Positions 48,973-58,827 of a stretch of 60,670 nucleotides of DNA are shown one piece after another; position 1 is the stretch's first letter; each line of letters begins with the position of its first letter. Origin of the DNA: Flavobacteriaceae bacterium (GTDB lineage Bacteria; Bacteroidota; Bacteroidia; Flavobacteriales; Flavobacteriaceae); the NCBI GenBank assembly GCA_015490835.1, contig WFXA01000222.1, forward strand, positions 1-60,670, read 5' to 3'. A model generated the notes under the pieces. That model saw only the letters and a list, made by a program, of their open reading frames with translations, was not told the DNA's origin and did not search any database. Made by a program: the position numbers and the translations under genes.

Positions 48973-49482
48973 TTATTCTTCTTCTTTAGTAGCTTCTTCA
49001 GCTTTGGCTTCAGTAGTTTCTTCAACTACTTCTTCCGGAGTTGCTTCGGCGATACGTGCATCATTAATTGCTTTTTCGGCTTCTAATGCTTTTGCGTCTA
49101 TAGCTGCTTGAGTGTCATTTAATTTTGTGCGTTTTGCATTAATTGCTTTTTCTTTTTCGGCAACCCAAGCTTGAAATTTTTCTTCGGCCTGTTCTTCGGT
49201 TAACGCACCTTTTTTAACACCTCCTTTTAAGTGTTTTTTAAGCAATACTCCTTTGTAGGAAAGAATGGCTCTGGCAGTATCTGAAGGCTGTGCACCATTT
49301 TCTAACCAAGTTACTGTACCATCAACATTAATGTTAATTTCGGCAGGATTTACGTTAGGATTATAGGTTCCTAATTTTTCAAGAAATTTTCCGTCTCTTT
49401 TTGAGCGAGCATCGGCTGCTACAATCCAATAAAATGGTTTTCCTTTTTTTCCGTGTCTTTGTAATCTAATTCTAACAGGCAT
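48973..49482 (-). CDS. rpsP: 30S ribosomal protein S16 with C-terminal extension
   Basis: VRIRLQRHGKKGKPFYWIVAADARSKRDGKFLEKLGTYNP, GAQPSDT. Confidence 0.98.
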   Translation of the reverse strand: MPVRIRLQRHGKKGKPFYWIVAADARSKRDGKFLEKLGTYNPNVNPAEININVDGTVTWLENGAQPSDTARAILSYKGVLLKKHLKGGVKKGALTEEQAEEKFQAWVAEKEKAINAKRTKLNDTQAAIDAKALEAEKAINDARIAEATPEEVVEETTEAKAEEATKEEE

Positions 49483-49497
49483 AATTTAATTAATTTT

Positions 49498-49514
49498 TGA
49501 GGTACCCGACCTCA
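49498..49514 (-). promoter_or_regulatory. Hairpin in the rpsP 5' UTR; candidate S16 autoregulatory leader
   Basis: mRNA UGAGGU-CGGGU-ACCUCA, a GC-rich 6-bp stem in an AT-rich leader between the -7 element and the start codon. Confidence 0.55.
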
Positions 49515-49536
49515 GGTTTATAATTTTTTGAGCTGG

Positions 49537-49544
49537 CAAAGATA
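49537..49544 (-). promoter_or_regulatory. Bacteroidota -7 promoter element (TATCTTTG) for rpsP-rimM
   Basis: Exact TAnnTTTG match upstream of rpsP. Confidence 0.65.
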
Positions 49545-49622
49545 CCATATTTTTGAACTAATGCTCAATAGTTTGGTATTTTTTTTTACATTTGTCGCTA
49601 ACCTATTTGTGATTTTACCATT

Positions 49623-50423
49623 ATGAGAAAGATTTTCCCCATTTTGTTTCTTTTTATTTCTGTTTTTTATGCGTGCGATAATGTTGAAACGAATACAGCA
49701 TCATTACAAGCCAATATCGACGATTATTTTTATAAAGCCGATGCAACTATTGCTACTAAGCACCAAGATAACAGCTATACAATAATAGGAACTTCGAACG
49801 ACCAAAAGTTTACCTTACATATAACAAATCCTCAAGCAAATGAGTATCCGGTTGGTGGAGGTTCAGATAATTGGGCTTCTTATGAAGATGAAAACGGAAA
49901 TGTATATTCTACCATTCCTGACGGAGAAGGTGCCATTACCGTAACCTCTTGGGACACCAGTTTTAAAACCTTAACAGGAAATTTTAATCTTACACTTATT
50001 TTGCCCGGAATAGACACGCTTACGGTTTCTCAAGGATTGTTTTATGAAGTTCCTTATGGTTTTGGGGTAGATCCCTCTATTCCTGTAAATGCGGGAACCG
50101 TGATTGGGAAAATAGATGGCGTTTCCTTTTCTCCGGTAACAGTAAGTGCTACAGACACCGGTAATAACATTGCTATTGTTGCAGCAGGAGCAACTTATAC
50201 CATAACATTAACATTACCTAATGATATATTAGAAGGAACCTACTCAATTCCTTCAAACGGAATAACGGCAACACTTTCGGATGGAAATTTTTCCGAAACA
50301 GCAACAAGCGGCGTTACAGTTGTAGTAGAAAATGACACTTCGTTTAAACTAATTAAAGGTACTTTTTCGTTTACTACCGAGAATCATGAGGTTACATTCG
50401 GACAGTTTAATGTAGGATATTAA
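49623..50423 (+). CDS. Hypothetical lipoprotein with two similar beta-rich domains (DUF6252-like)
   Basis: Lipobox FYAC; two repeats ending in G.ITV..WDTSFKTLTGNFNL and G.TVV..NDTSFKLIKGTFSF. Confidence 0.7.
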   Translation: MRKIFPILFLFISVFYACDNVETNTASLQANIDDYFYKADATIATKHQDNSYTIIGTSNDQKFTLHITNPQANEYPVGGGSDNWASYEDENGNVYSTIPDGEGAITVTSWDTSFKTLTGNFNLTLILPGIDTLTVSQGLFYEVPYGFGVDPSIPVNAGTVIGKIDGVSFSPVTVSATDTGNNIAIVAAGATYTITLTLPNDILEGTYSIPSNGITATLSDGNFSETATSGVTVVVENDTSFKLIKGTFSFTTENHEVTFGQFNVGY

Positions 50424-50429
50424 TTGCTA

Positions 50430-50984
50430 TTATTTCTCAATTCTTCCTTCATTTTGTTTTACAAATACACTCCATCCAGTGTAATTTTTTCCCGTTGAAA
50501 TTTTACCGCTATTGTAAAAATGACAAACTGCAGCGGCAAGACCATCGGTACTATCTAAGTTTTTAGGAAGAGTTTTTAAGTCTAATAAACTCTGCAACAT
50601 TTTAGCAACTTGTTCTTTGCTGGCATTTCCGTTTCCGGTTATTGCCATTTTAATTTTTTTTGGCGAATATTCGGTGATTGGTATTTGACGCGACAAACCC
50701 GCAGCCATTGCAACACCTTGTGCACGACCTAACTTTAACATAGATTGTACGTTTTTACCAAAAAAAGGTGCTTCGATGGCAATTTCGTCAGGATGATGCG
50801 AATCGATAAGTTGAACGGTTCGCTCAAAAATGTATTTCAATCGCACATAATGATCGTCGTATTTTGATAATTGAAGTTCGTTAAGCAATAAGAGTTCCAT
50901 TTTTTTTCTCACTACTTTAATAAGTCCAAAACCCATAATAGTTGTACCCGGATCAATTCCTAAAATAATTTTTTCGGTATTCAT
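50430..50984 (-). CDS. ruvC: Holliday junction resolvase RuvC
   Basis: [39 protein letters not shown]. Start moved to ATG 50984. Confidence 0.96.
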   Translation of the reverse strand: MNTEKIILGIDPGTTIMGFGLIKVVRKKMELLLLNELQLSKYDDHYVRLKYIFERTVQLIDSHHPDEIAIEAPFFGKNVQSMLKLGRAQGVAMAAGLSRQIPITEYSPKKIKMAITGNGNASKEQVAKMLQSLLDLKTLPKNLDSTDGLAAAVCHFYNSGKISTGKNYTGWSVFVKQNEGRIEK

Positions 50985-51021
50985 AATGCCTTCCGCCTTA
51001 AGTTCGTTATTTTCGCTTTTT

Positions 51022-51975
51022 ATGAAAAAAACACCAGACAAAGTTAGACAATATTTGTGGGTAGTAGTAAAAATTATTATTTTATGTGCTACCGGTTGGT
51101 TTGTTTATCATAAAATTGTAGGTAGTTCGGTATCATTAAAAAATGTGCTTTTTTTAATTAAGAAACCCTATTCTCAAATCATTATTTGGTTGGTTGTTTT
51201 GTTGTTTTTTACCTCTTTAAATTGGTTTTTTGAAATTTTAAAATGGAAAATACTCGTACAAACAGTAAAGCCCATTTCTTTTTCTGAAGCTGCCAAACAA
51301 AGCCTTTATGCTCTTACGGTATCACTAGCCACACCCAATCGAATTGGCGAATACGGAGCCAAAGCATTTTTTTTTAAGTATGAAAAAAGAAAAGAAGTGT
51401 TGTTGTTAACCTTTTTTTCCGGTATCTCACAAATGATGATAACGGTTTTTTTTGGAATTATAGGAGTGATTATTATGAGTCAAAAATTCATGCTTATTAT
51501 TAATAGAAATCATCTGTTTTGGTTTTTTTTAATCTTATTTCTTCTCATAATTTTTTCATTTATTTTTAGAAAAAAGCAACTCCTTTTTAAAGGACTCTCT
51601 GTAAAAGTAGTTTTTAATAAAGTTAACTCTTTTTCTAAAGCAATATGGATAAAGACCATTGGTTATTCGTTTTTAAGATACATTATTTTTAGCTGTATGT
51701 TTTATATTGTATTACGGTTTTACCATGTTCCGCTTTCTTTTTTAGAAGCAATGCCTATTATTTTTACCACCTACCTATTGGTGTCTGTTATTCCTTCTTT
51801 TTTTATATTAGACGTCGTAGTAAGAGGTGGTGTGGCAATTTTTTTGTTTGGTTTAGCCGGCATTCCGGAAACCGAAGTAGCTGTTGCCGTATTAACTATG
51901 TGGATTTTTAATTTTGTTCTTCCGGCAATACTAGGAGGTTATTTCATGTTTAGCTACCAACCTTTAAAAAAATGA
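51022..51975 (+). CDS. Lysylphosphatidylglycerol synthase TM-domain / flippase-like membrane protein
   Basis: [21 protein letters not shown], many TM helices; upstream of a GT2 gene. Start likely 51022. Confidence 0.82.
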   Translation: MKKTPDKVRQYLWVVVKIIILCATGWFVYHKIVGSSVSLKNVLFLIKKPYSQIIIWLVVLLFFTSLNWFFEILKWKILVQTVKPISFSEAAKQSLYALTVSLATPNRIGEYGAKAFFFKYEKRKEVLLLTFFSGISQMMITVFFGIIGVIIMSQKFMLIINRNHLFWFFLILFLLIIFSFIFRKKQLLFKGLSVKVVFNKVNSFSKAIWIKTIGYSFLRYIIFSCMFYIVLRFYHVPLSFLEAMPIIFTTYLLVSVIPSFFILDVVVRGGVAIFLFGLAGIPETEVAVAVLTMWIFNFVLPAILGGYFMFSYQPLKK

Positions 51976-53090
51976 TACTAATTGGAGTTCTATTATTGGT
52001 AAGTTATGTTTCTGCTTTGTTGTGGTTGTTAACCGGATATAATAAAGTTTCTCAATATGGTTTAAAATCGAATAAACCCAAGACTGCATTTAGTATAATT
52101 ATTCCGTTTAGAAATGAAGCCGAAAATCTTCCGGATTTGTTAAACGCTCTTTCTAATATTAATTATCATAGTGCGTTATTTGAAGTTATTTTTATAGACG
52201 ACGATAGCCAAGATCTTTCAGCAAACATTATTGAAGACTATAAATCTTCCTTTAAATTTTCCATTTTAAAAAACAAAAGAATTTCCGGTTCACCTAAAAA
52301 AGATGCTATTACATTAGGTGTAAAAAATGCAAAACACGACTGGATACTTACCACCGATGCCGATTGTACCTTACCAAAAAATTGGCTCCTAGCCTACAAT
52401 GATTTTATTGTTGAACACCAGCCCGTTTTTATTTCGGGAGGCGTACGATTTAATAAAAATAAAAACTTTCTTAATGCTTTTCAACAATGGGATACTTGTA
52501 GTTTACAAACCACAACCGTTGGTGCTTTTGGATTGCAAAAACCTATTTTATGTAACGGGGCTAATTTGGGTTATAAAAAAGAAGCCTTTACTATGGTAAA
52601 CGGTTTTATGGGAAATGAGCATATAGCAAGTGGCGATGATATTTTTTTGTTGGAAAAAATAAAAAAGAACTATCCTAAGCAGGTGTTTTTTGTAAAATCT
52701 ATAGATACGGTGGTTACAACAAAACCGGTTTTAACTTGGACGGCTTTGATTAATCAACGAGTGCGCTGGGCTTCTAAAACGTCTGCGCAAAAAAGTAGTT
52801 TTGCAAAATGGTTGGGAATCTTACTTTTTTTTGTTAATTTTTATGTTCCATCCGGTATTATATATTGTTTTTTAAAACCTGATTTTAGTTGGTTTTTTCT
52901 TTGTTTTATGGTTGTTAAGCTATTTATAGATTATATTTACATACAGAAAAGTTGTTTGTTTTTAAGGATGAAACCTTCCGGTTTGTCCTTCTTTGGTTCG
53001 TTTGTTATTTACCCCTTTATTACAATTTATATAATTTTTAAAAGTATGGAGAAAAAGTATGTGTGGAAAGGAAGAACGTATTCTTATTAA
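51972..53090 (+). CDS. Glycosyltransferase family 2
   Basis: IIIPFRNEA, DDDSQD, TTDADC, SGDD, QRVRW motifs. Confidence 0.93.
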   Translation: MILIGVLLLVSYVSALLWLLTGYNKVSQYGLKSNKPKTAFSIIIPFRNEAENLPDLLNALSNINYHSALFEVIFIDDDSQDLSANIIEDYKSSFKFSILKNKRISGSPKKDAITLGVKNAKHDWILTTDADCTLPKNWLLAYNDFIVEHQPVFISGGVRFNKNKNFLNAFQQWDTCSLQTTTVGAFGLQKPILCNGANLGYKKEAFTMVNGFMGNEHIASGDDIFLLEKIKKNYPKQVFFVKSIDTVVTTKPVLTWTALINQRVRWASKTSAQKSSFAKWLGILLFFVNFYVPSGIIYCFLKPDFSWFFLCFMVVKLFIDYIYIQKSCLFLRMKPSGLSFFGSFVIYPFITIYIIFKSMEKKYVWKGRTYSY

Positions 53091-53659
53091 CAAGTTAAAA
53101 AATTGGTAATAAGTTTTTTTCCGTATTGTGTTAAAACAGATTCGGGATGAAATTGAACGCCATATACGCGATGGGTTTTATGTGAAATAGACATAATATT
53201 TCCTTCTTCATCGGTAGAAGTTATGTAAAAATCTTTTGGAAGTTTTTTAGAGTTTACCACCCAACTATGGTATCTTCCTACTTTAAAAGAGTTGGGTAGG
53301 TTAGTAAAGAGAGGATCTTCGGGTTGAAGGATAGATACCGGTGTTGCAATTCCGTGATAGACGCAAGACAAATTGGTGAGCGAACCTCCATAAGCTTCAG
53401 AAATTGCTTGCATCCCCAGACAAACACCTAATATTTTTTTGGTAGGTGCATATTGTTTAATGAGTGGGAGTAAAATACCGGAATCCTTAGGCAATCCCGG
53501 TCCGGGAGAAAGAATAATGGTGTTGTACGGTGCAACTTCTTGAAGTTCTATTTCATCGTTTCTAAACACATCGACATGATAATCACCCACCGCTTCGATA
53601 TAATGTACCAAGTTATATGTGAATGAATCATAATTATCTATTAGCAATACTTTTTTCAT
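53087..53659 (-). CDS. Class I glutamine amidotransferase, anthranilate/aminodeoxychorismate synthase component II (TrpG/PabA)
   Basis: IDNYDSFTYNL, SPGPG, GVCLG, RYHS, QFHPES. Confidence 0.94.
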   Translation of the reverse strand: MKKVLLIDNYDSFTYNLVHYIEAVGDYHVDVFRNDEIELQEVAPYNTIILSPGPGLPKDSGILLPLIKQYAPTKKILGVCLGMQAISEAYGGSLTNLSCVYHGIATPVSILQPEDPLFTNLPNSFKVGRYHSWVVNSKKLPKDFYITSTDEEGNIMSISHKTHRVYGVQFHPESVLTQYGKKLITNFLTC

Positions 53660-53872
53660 TCAACTAATTTTTAAGTCAAATATCACTCTTTTTTAGGATT
53701 TTTTTACATCTTCTTAACTAAACTTTTTCTTATCGTTGAAAAAACAAGAACCATTAAGGCATTAAGGTTTTTAAGATTTGTATTTCCTTAACTATCTTTA
53801 ACTTCTTGCCGGTGAAAAAACAATCTAAAAAATATTTTTTATCTTTAGCCAACTCTAAATCTACTTACTATT

Positions 53873-54751
53873 ATGAAACTCAAATTCATCCTATTCTCAA
53901 TCTCATTATGGCTTGTATCGGCTTTTTCTGTTATTACAGCACAAGAACAACATACCATTAACGGAAAAACCTACACTCTTAAAACACAACATCAAGGTGC
54001 TTTAACACTTTTATGGACAACACAAGATGGTAATTATCTGTATTTTATAAAAAAAGGTGATACCTATTACCCGTTAACCAACACTAAATCCGACGGAACT
54101 TATAAAGAAGAATACAAAGAAACATTGCGTTTGCTTACTTCGGGAAGTAATTTATCTACAGATAAAGTAAAGTTAACACTATCGAGTTTGTCTCAATTTG
54201 TAAGTAACTATAATCATTTACAAACAGGCGATTCACAGTCGGTTTCTTCCCAATTAGAACTAAGGTTAGGTGCCTTTGCAGGTGTTTCTAATGCCGTTTT
54301 TACTTCCAATCCTACTAACCAAATTCTTCCTCTTCTCGGAGCAGAGCTGGAATTAATCGAAAACATTAAACTAAAAAGGCACAGTATGGTGTTGCAATTC
54401 CGGCAAAGTTTTGAAAGTGGCGATTACCAATATAACGCATCGCAATTATCATTAAACTACCGGTTTAAGTTTATAAAAAAAGAAAAATTAGATGCCTATA
54501 TCAATACACGTTTTGCCACTTTTACGACATCTTCGGCTATAATAAATATTGTTAATCCGGACGATTCGGTTTCAACAATTAAAAAAACGGGAAGTGATTT
54601 TCAAGCAGTAGCACTTTTTGGTTTGGGCATAGATTACGCACTGGGCAACGGTTTTCTTACTTTTGGTTACAATGATATTACAGGTTTGGGAGTGGATAGT
54701 AATGGCGAGTTTCCCATAGATTTTACAATAGGATATAAATTTAATTTGTAA
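53873..54751 (+). CDS. Hypothetical outer-membrane protein (soluble N-domain + beta-barrel)
   Basis: Signal peptide, amphipathic strands, C-terminal GYKFNL. Confidence 0.65.
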   Translation: MKLKFILFSISLWLVSAFSVITAQEQHTINGKTYTLKTQHQGALTLLWTTQDGNYLYFIKKGDTYYPLTNTKSDGTYKEEYKETLRLLTSGSNLSTDKVKLTLSSLSQFVSNYNHLQTGDSQSVSSQLELRLGAFAGVSNAVFTSNPTNQILPLLGAELELIENIKLKRHSMVLQFRQSFESGDYQYNASQLSLNYRFKFIKKEKLDAYINTRFATFTTSSAIINIVNPDDSVSTIKKTGSDFQAVALFGLGIDYALGNGFLTFGYNDITGLGVDSNGEFPIDFTIGYKFNL

Positions 54752-55235
54752 CAATAACAATAGGTAATATAAAACCGGTATTTACCGGAACGCCACGTTT
54801 ATACGCCGGCGCAACGGGTTGAAGCGAATCGATACTTTGGTAAATTAATCGCTCAATTTTTGGTAGTTGTGCTTTCGTTAAACTATCTATTTCCAGTTGG
54901 TTAATTTCTAATTTTGCTTTTTTTGAAACGGTAATATGCATTTTAATCGTATCGTTAATCGTTGCATTGACAGGTTTTTTTTCGGAAGCAATAACCCGAT
55001 AAATGGTTGTGGTTAATGTTTGTACAAAACACGATTTTAGTTTTTCCTTTTCCGAAAGATTTTCACACGTTTTAAAAACAGGATACGTGTCTACCTCGTT
55101 CCAGTTAATGCTTTTTAACTCTTCTTCTAAAAAGATTTCCGATGGTATTTTTTTTGTTTCAAAATACGTACACGATTGAAGCAAAAAAAGAAATGCTATT
55201 GTTGCTATGGAATTAGAATACTTCCACACAATCAT
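54741..55235 (-). CDS. Hypothetical lipoprotein with a TonB-C-terminal-like domain
   Basis: Lipobox LQSC; VDTYPVF..C...CF and PAYKRGVPV...FILPI motifs. Confidence 0.65.
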   Translation of the reverse strand: MIVWKYSNSIATIAFLFLLQSCTYFETKKIPSEIFLEEELKSINWNEVDTYPVFKTCENLSEKEKLKSCFVQTLTTTIYRVIASEKKPVNATINDTIKMHITVSKKAKLEINQLEIDSLTKAQLPKIERLIYQSIDSLQPVAPAYKRGVPVNTGFILPIVIVTN

Positions 55236-55760
55236 TTAATTAGATTTTTTAAACTCGCTTAAAAAGCTGTCCCAATCTTGTTTTTTATACAAATCATCTG
55301 ATAGATATACAAGTATGGGCAGTAAGTCTTCGGCTTTTTTATATCCTCTAAAAATCTGTAAAATGTCCAGATTTTCATCTAAAACAGTTAATGTGGGATA
55401 GCTGTGTCGTCCTTTTTGAAATCCGGACGAAAGTTGGTGGTAACCGCGTCTTCCGGTAGGCACAAATTTAAATTCCACACCTCGATAGGTTATGGTATTT
55501 TTGTTCTCTCCGTCCAGTTTTACACAATAATAATTTTTGTTGAGGTAATCAACAATTTTCGGGTCTTTAAATGTAGTAGCGTCCAGACGTTTACACCAAC
55601 CACACCAGTCGGTATAAATATCGATTAACACTTTTCTATGTTCTTGTTTTTGAGCAGCTTCTAAATCTTGAATTTGTATCCAATTTATTTCTTGTGCAAA
55701 CAGCAAACAAACAGGAGAAACTAACAAAAGCCAAATACTTATTAAAACAGTTTTTTTCAT
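55236..55760 (-). CDS. Exported thioredoxin-fold protein
   Basis: Signal peptide, DIYTDWCGWCKRLD, SYPT. Confidence 0.9.
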   Translation of the reverse strand: MKKTVLISIWLLLVSPVCLLFAQEINWIQIQDLEAAQKQEHRKVLIDIYTDWCGWCKRLDATTFKDPKIVDYLNKNYYCVKLDGENKNTITYRGVEFKFVPTGRRGYHQLSSGFQKGRHSYPTLTVLDENLDILQIFRGYKKAEDLLPILVYLSDDLYKKQDWDSFLSEFKKSN

Positions 55761-55795
55761 AAACCAAAAGTAGTGAAACTTAGGCGAATAAAAAA

Positions 55796-56983
55796 TTAGT
55801 TTTTCTCAGTATCCAAAAAATGTAGTTCTTTTTTTATATCACGTATTCTTTGTTTTACCAAACGGCTATACTTTCCGTTTTCAGAATATTTTTTAATATA
55901 GCCATTATAATATTGCAACACCGTTTTCTTATCTTTAAAAAAATTGTCTGCCGCAACAGCTTGACAGTAAATAGCTTCCTCGTTTCGGGAATTTAAAATT
56001 AGCAATTTTTTATAAATTTCCAATTGCTTTTTGTATTGTTTTTGAGCATTATATAAATCGGCAAGACGTATATAATCATTTTCCAAAAAAGGAATGTTTA
56101 GTGCAACAGAAGTATTAAATGCTTCTTCGGCTTTATCGTAATAATGCAAGGCACGATAACAAATTCCCAGATTGTGATGGTAATTCGGGTTTTCGCTATT
56201 ATGGTTTTTTATCAAAATAAGATATTGCTCGATGGCATTTTCATAATCCGAAACTTTCATATAAGTCTTTGCTAAATTAGCATACACAATTTCATTTTTT
56301 TTCCCTAAAGCAATTAGTTTTTTATAAACCTCTTTTGCCTTATGGTACTCTTTGTTGTAATATAATAAGGAAGCCTTTAAGGTTAAAAAACGTGTGCTTA
56401 AACTATCGTTATAAAGTCCGGTATTTATGTATTTTTCAGCTTGATTAAATAGTTTTTTTTGAATTAGTAACACAGCTGTTTTATAAGCCGAATGTATCAT
56501 ACTACTATCTATAAAGTAGGCTCTTTTATAGAGCGATAACGCCACCGTATCTTTTTGCTTTTCTTTTGCCAAAGCCAAATTGTAAACGTAATTGGCGTTT
56601 TTCGGCTGTTTCTTTACCAATTCTAAAAATACACTGTCTGCTTTTTTATATTGAGCGGATTTTATCAATAATTTTCCGTATCGATAAGCCGTTGAAAGTG
56701 AATTTTTAGAGGTTTTTAATGCTGCTTTATAGTATTTTAAAGCCTCTTTATTATTCCCCGAAGATTCATAACACATAGCAAGTTTATATAAAACAGTGGC
56801 GTTTTCGGGAAGGTTTTTGTAAAGAGAAATAGCTTGAGAATAAGTACCTAAGGCAAAAAGACTGTCTGCTTTTTTGAGTTGTCTGTTACTACTAATCCTG
56901 TCTGAAACTACAACTTGCGCCTCAGACAGGATAGAAATAAACAATGCTAAGATTAATAATTTATTCTTGAACATCAAAAACAA
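55796..56983 (-). CDS. Exported tetratricopeptide repeat protein
   Basis: Signal peptide and repeated helical LA..Y...G...A..YY units. Start may be slightly downstream (MFKNK). Confidence 0.85.
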   Translation of the reverse strand: MFLMFKNKLLILALFISILSEAQVVVSDRISSNRQLKKADSLFALGTYSQAISLYKNLPENATVLYKLAMCYESSGNNKEALKYYKAALKTSKNSLSTAYRYGKLLIKSAQYKKADSVFLELVKKQPKNANYVYNLALAKEKQKDTVALSLYKRAYFIDSSMIHSAYKTAVLLIQKKLFNQAEKYINTGLYNDSLSTRFLTLKASLLYYNKEYHKAKEVYKKLIALGKKNEIVYANLAKTYMKVSDYENAIEQYLILIKNHNSENPNYHHNLGICYRALHYYDKAEEAFNTSVALNIPFLENDYIRLADLYNAQKQYKKQLEIYKKLLILNSRNEEAIYCQAVAADNFFKDKKTVLQYYNGYIKKYSENGKYSRLVKQRIRDIKKELHFLDTEKN

Positions 56984-58373
56984 TAGGTAAAGAATATACC
57001 ACCGCTACTTTTTTTCCGGCATTTTCGCCCGGTTTCATTTTGGGTAAGGACTTAACGATAGCAACAGCATGTGCTGCCAAATCAGGATGTGGTGCGCGTG
57101 CTTTTGCGTTTGTTATATTTCCTTCTTTATCTATTTTAAAAAGTACCGTAATACGTTGTTTTCCGGTTACATTCAATCGCTTAGCAAGAGAAACATCAAA
57201 TTTTTCATTAACTAAATTTCTAAGTTTTTCAGAAAAACAACTTTTTATTTCTTGGTTATTTCCCGAACAACCGGGATAAACAGGAGCTTTTTCAATAGCT
57301 GAAAAAGGAACTTCGTTTTTATTAAAAGGAGTTGGCGGCAATGGAGGAGTTGGAGGCGTTACGTTTTTAAGTAACGATAGGAGTTGTTTCCTGTCTTCTT
57401 CAGAAATTGTTCCGTTTTCTAAAGCCACTTTTAATTCGGCTATCTTGTCCGATACACTGTCGGTTTCCGGCTTACTCTCTTGTGTACAAGAGGCGTAAAA
57501 AAGCATCATTCCCAACATTGGGATAATTAGTAAATACTTGAGTTTGTTCGATTTTTGATTTGATTTTTGTAACATAATGATTCGTTTTTTTGTTATTCCT
57601 TCAAAAAAGAAATAACGGATTAATAAATGACCTGTTTTTTCAGGTAGGTTAAAAAATGTATTGATAAATGAAATTTCGGAAGTTTGAAATGCTTGCGAAA
57701 GTAAGCTTTGATAATAAGATTGTTTTCCTGTTTTTCTAATAACAAAATAATCTGCAACGTATTCGTGTAGGGTTTTTACTTCTTTTTGAAAAAAATACAA
57801 CAACGGATTAAACCAAAAAACCACCCGAAGCATTTCAAAAAACAATAAGTCCCAACCATGTTTTTGGTTTTTATGTACCAGTTCATGGTATAAAACGGTT
57901 TGCTTTTCGGTTTCGGAAAGTGCATTGCCTATAAAAATAGCATTTAAAAAAGTAAACGAATCTTTTGTTTTAGGTTGTACATAAACACGTACACTTTCTA
58001 TTGTTGTTAAAACGCTTTTCTTTTTTATTTGATTGATTTTATACAATTTACTTATAAACATAACAAGGCTAAGTAGCGAGCCAAACACCCAAATGATTGA
58101 TAAAACTAATGTTGAAAAAACCAGATTTGTTTTTTCTACTTCCGGTGCAGTACTACTTTGAAGTATCATTTCAGGTAGCGTAAAAACGGAAACTGCCTGA
58201 GTTTGAACAGGCAAGCCCTGAATTTCTATAAAAGGCATTACCATACTAACTGCTGGAGCTAATAGTAAATAAATACGATTAGCGGTAAATCCGGTTTCTT
58301 TTCTAAAAAAAAGAAAGTATCCTGCCATAAAAAGAAACTGAAACAGAATAACTTCAAATAAGTATTGTGTCAT
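56961..58373 (-). CDS. M56 (BlaR1/MecR1-type) membrane metallopeptidase with a C-terminal TonB-C domain
   Basis: NRIYLL, HELVH, FWFNP, HEYVAD, KKRIIML; Pro-rich linker; APVYPGC...FKIDKEGNI...PG...V.YSLPIVF. Confidence 0.9.
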   Translation of the reverse strand: MTQYLFEVILFQFLFMAGYFLFFRKETGFTANRIYLLLAPAVSMVMPFIEIQGLPVQTQAVSVFTLPEMILQSSTAPEVEKTNLVFSTLVLSIIWVFGSLLSLVMFISKLYKINQIKKKSVLTTIESVRVYVQPKTKDSFTFLNAIFIGNALSETEKQTVLYHELVHKNQKHGWDLLFFEMLRVVFWFNPLLYFFQKEVKTLHEYVADYFVIRKTGKQSYYQSLLSQAFQTSEISFINTFFNLPEKTGHLLIRYFFFEGITKKRIIMLQKSNQKSNKLKYLLIIPMLGMMLFYASCTQESKPETDSVSDKIAELKVALENGTISEEDRKQLLSLLKNVTPPTPPLPPTPFNKNEVPFSAIEKAPVYPGCSGNNQEIKSCFSEKLRNLVNEKFDVSLAKRLNVTGKQRITVLFKIDKEGNITNAKARAPHPDLAAHAVAIVKSLPKMKPGENAGKKVAVVYSLPIVFDVQE

Positions 58374-58735
58374 AACTTTTTGTTTTTGTTTATTTCTTGT
58401 AAAATGGTTTCCAGTTCTTGTATGGAAATATCATTTTTGTTTAAAAAAAATGAAACCATGCTTTTAAATGAACCTTTAAAATAGCCATCTTTTAATTTTT
58501 GTAACGATTGATAACTATACTCTTCTTTGCTCAATAAAGGAAAATAAATATGTCCTCTTCCTTGTTTTTTATAACCTACAAAACCTTTGCTTTCTAATAT
58601 CCTAACAATAGTAGATACCGTATTGTATGCAGGCTTGGGAAGGGGCAACTGCTCTATAATGGTAGCAACATTGGCTTGTTCTAGCTCCCATAATTGAAGC
58701 ATAATATCTTCTTCTGCTTTGGTTAGTTGTTTCAT
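58370..58735 (-). CDS. BlaI/MecI/CopY family transcriptional repressor
   Basis: LTKAEEDIM..LW, AYNTVSTIVRILESKGFV, YFKGSFKSMVSFF. Confidence 0.95.
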   Translation of the reverse strand: MKQLTKAEEDIMLQLWELEQANVATIIEQLPLPKPAYNTVSTIVRILESKGFVGYKKQGRGHIYFPLLSKEEYSYQSLQKLKDGYFKGSFKSMVSFFLNKNDISIQELETILQEINKNKKL

Positions 58736-58827
58736 TTATTTATGTTTTGTTTATTAGTCTTCACCGATTTATAATAAATTTGAAATATTTTCTTAAAAAA
58801 ATGTTTCCGGCTTTGTTTAAGAGAATA

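Noticed and set aside
48973-49250. Long Ala/Glu/Lys-rich C-terminal tail of S16, and absence of trmD after rimM
   Set aside because: Both are ordinary for Bacteroidota/Flavobacteriaceae.
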